Shown piece after piece: positions 62,063-64,000 of a DNA stretch of 64,000 nucleotides (position 1 is the first letter of the stretch; each line of letters begins with the position of its first letter). The DNA is from Octopus sinensis. Its lineage: Eukaryota. The stretch covers positions 1-64,000 of the forward strand of contig NW_021832595.1 in assembly GCF_006345805.1 (NCBI RefSeq). Reading direction: 5' to 3'. The notes under the pieces were generated by a model, which had not been told where the DNA came from, did not search any database, and was given only the letters and a program-made list of their open reading frames with translations. Made by a program: the position numbers and the translations under genes.

Positions 62063-62242
62063 GTATTTTTGGTATACCCATAGAAGAAGGAACCAAATGT
62101 ACAGTAAAGACGATAAAGAATTATCTTGATACTCACACAAATTCTAAAATAAAACATATATGTTTGATTGATGTACGGAAGGAAGTAATCAGAGCTTTTA
62201 AGCTTCATCTAGAAATGGTGTTTGGAATCAGTAAAAGCAGAG
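62063..62242 (+). CDS. PARP14-like: Macro-PARP exon 6 (macrodomain C-terminus)
   Basis: Acceptor tttatttattacag; donor GTAGGA at 62243; 180 nt; GIFGIP...KIKHICLIDV completes the AIPAISTGIFG motif. Confidence 0.88.
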
Positions 62243-63069
62243 GTAGGACTTGTTATTTGTTTGATATTTTAGTGAAAACTTAAATGATTTATTTCAGGTG
62301 TTAATTATGATTTTTCCTCCTCCTTCAGTCAACTTTTATCTGATTCCTATTATTGGTTTATGGGCACAGCCATGGATTTGTGGTTAAAAAGATTCATTTC
62401 TAACCATGTTAATTCCCAATGTAAGGCAACTCAAGAAAATATCTTCTAATATGGCCAAAGTCTTGTCAACTGGTTTAGAAGATAGAAACTGATACAAGGG
62501 CCCCTCATATATGTACTGTGTGTGTTTGTACTCTTGTCTTGACATCATGTGATGGCTGTAAACGAGCATCCCCAGCATACAGGTGAGGTTGTTTGTTTCC
62601 TGTCTTCTGTGGAAACCATGTCTGGCCAGGGGGAAATATTACCTTGCTTGGAAACAGGTGAGGGTCAGCATCAGGAAGAGCATCCAGCTATAGAAAGTCT
62701 GCCTCAATAAACTAATCTGACCCATGCAAGCAGGGAACAATGGATGTGAAAACAAGGATGATGATGTTTAATTTATTGCAGTTGATAAAATACTCTTGTC
62801 TCACTCTGTGAATCCTGTCTTGTATAAATAACGAAGGATAATTATAATTATTTATCTGATACATTGTAAACATGAGTATTGCTTGTAATTACTATGAAGT
62901 TATAGATTCCCCCCCCCCACCTCAAAAGAAAAGGGCTTTTTCAATAAGTGAATGACTTCTCAGTTTCTCTGACTAAAAATTAAAATTTAGTGCAATTTTT
63001 TTAATGACTTCTTTCTTTTTTGATTTGTTATTATCATCTGCAGCAGTGGTGGGGGTGGGGTCTTTTAGC

Positions 63070-64000
63070 AGGGATGCAGTCAGTAAGGTGAGGGTGGACA
63101 ATGAGTATAGCGATTAATCTAAGGTACAGGTAGAGGTTCACTAAGGATTGGTCCTCAGTCCCCTTTTGTTTATCATAGTCCACTAGACAATAACAGGGCA
63201 ATTTAAGATATGCTGCCCCTGGGAGCTCCTCTATGCTGATGAACTTGTTCTCATAGTTGAATCACTTCCAGAACTAAAAAAGAAATTTCAGGTGTGGAAG
63301 CAAGGTTTAGAATCAAAGGGCCTTAGAGTTAACCTGGCAAAGACCAAAGTTTTAGTAAGTAGGAAGGCAGACAAATTACAAACCCCTTTGGGTAGATGGC
63401 CCTGCTTGTTCTGTTGAAAAAGCATTGGCAGAAGCTCCATGTGATGTATCCAGTGCAAGCGATGGATACATAAGAGGTACAGCAATATCAGAGGAAGGTT
63501 AACTGGGAAAATAGTTTTGTGTTTGGAAGGGGCACAGGTACAATAAATACTAAAAATGTACAGAAAATAGATTCCATTAATTGCTAGTGGGGTAAGCTAG
63601 ATAGCTTCTGTTATGTAGGTGACCAAGTCAGTAGCAAATTGGATGCTCTGAGAGTGTAGCTGTGAGAATAAGATTAGGTTAGGTGAAAGTTCAGAAAGCT
63701 CCTAACTCTGCTGGCAACAAAAGGCCTCTCCTTCAGAGTGAAAGGCAGATTGTAGGATGCCTGTGGGAAAACAGCCATGTTCCATGACAGGGAAATGTGG
63801 GCTGTGATCACAGAGGACATGTGAAAGATATGAAGCTAGAAGATAGAAATAATTACAGAGGTAACAAATTGTTGGTTCAGGTGATGAAGGTTACAGAGAG
63901 AGTCATAACCCAACTAATTAGGGAGAAACTTAGTCTAGATGAGATGCAGTTTGGGTTTGTGCCAGGGAGAAGCACCACTGGTGCTATGTTTCTGGTAAGG
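63070..64000 (+). mobile_element. Degenerate RTE LINE fragments
   Basis: tgcccctgggagctcctctatgctgat, ggccttagagttaacctggc, gatgagatgcagtttggg as in the other copies; many stops. Confidence 0.85.

Larger units (their letters stand above)
15059..62242 (+). other. PARP14-like: Macro-PARP (PARP14/PARP9-like) gene, partial: 3 RRM-like modules + linker + macrodomain; continues beyond the window
   Basis: Six segments with canonical AG/GT boundaries join in frame through phase-1 introns: ...ITFESEK|DAENVVQRK..., ...VYCQNEI|DFEYVQR..., ...ISFKEAY|VVLDVCSRDH..., ...AAIVQK|GGFEIQ..., ...IPAIST|GIFGIP.... RRM-like repeats followed by a MacroD-type domain is the PARP14-type N-terminal architecture. The catalytic ART domain is not in the window, so orthology is inferred. 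Confidence 0.8.

Overview
Eukaryotic, repeat-saturated, AT-rich genomic DNA, most likely from an octopus. The species call is an inference from the (GAT)n-tailed RTE LINEs and tRNA-derived SINE families. One host gene can be supported: a + strand PARP14/PARP9-like macro-PARP gene with six exons (15042-15239, 16799-17035, 21776-22009, 45507-47038, 51397-51645, 62063-62242). All its introns are phase 1. It encodes three RRM-like modules, a long linker and a complete macrodomain (about 870 aa within the window) and continues past the right edge. Its large exon 4 is broken by four single-base deletions, all in short homopolymers. The same defect appears in the LINEs and in a tandem array, so assembly error is more likely than pseudogenisation. 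Everything else is mobile DNA: many RTE LINE copies (two near full length), a DD36E Tc1 split by a LINE, a piggyBac deletion derivative, a hAT MITE, two Helitron relics, an R4/Dong-like retrotransposon, Penelope-like GIY-YIG relics, SINEs and mini/microsatellites. The most unusual items are: (1) a 452-bp near-perfect palindrome carrying two identical minimal hammerhead ribozymes with a covaried U3-A8 core on opposite strands; (2) an adjacent 3.7-kb foldback with a GIY-YIG ORF in its loop; (3) a pre-tRNA-Glu/RTE LINE chimeric retrocopy; (4) a 40-copy 69-bp in-frame array inside a Helitron N-terminus. All coordinates and alignments were worked out by eye; no database searches were run.
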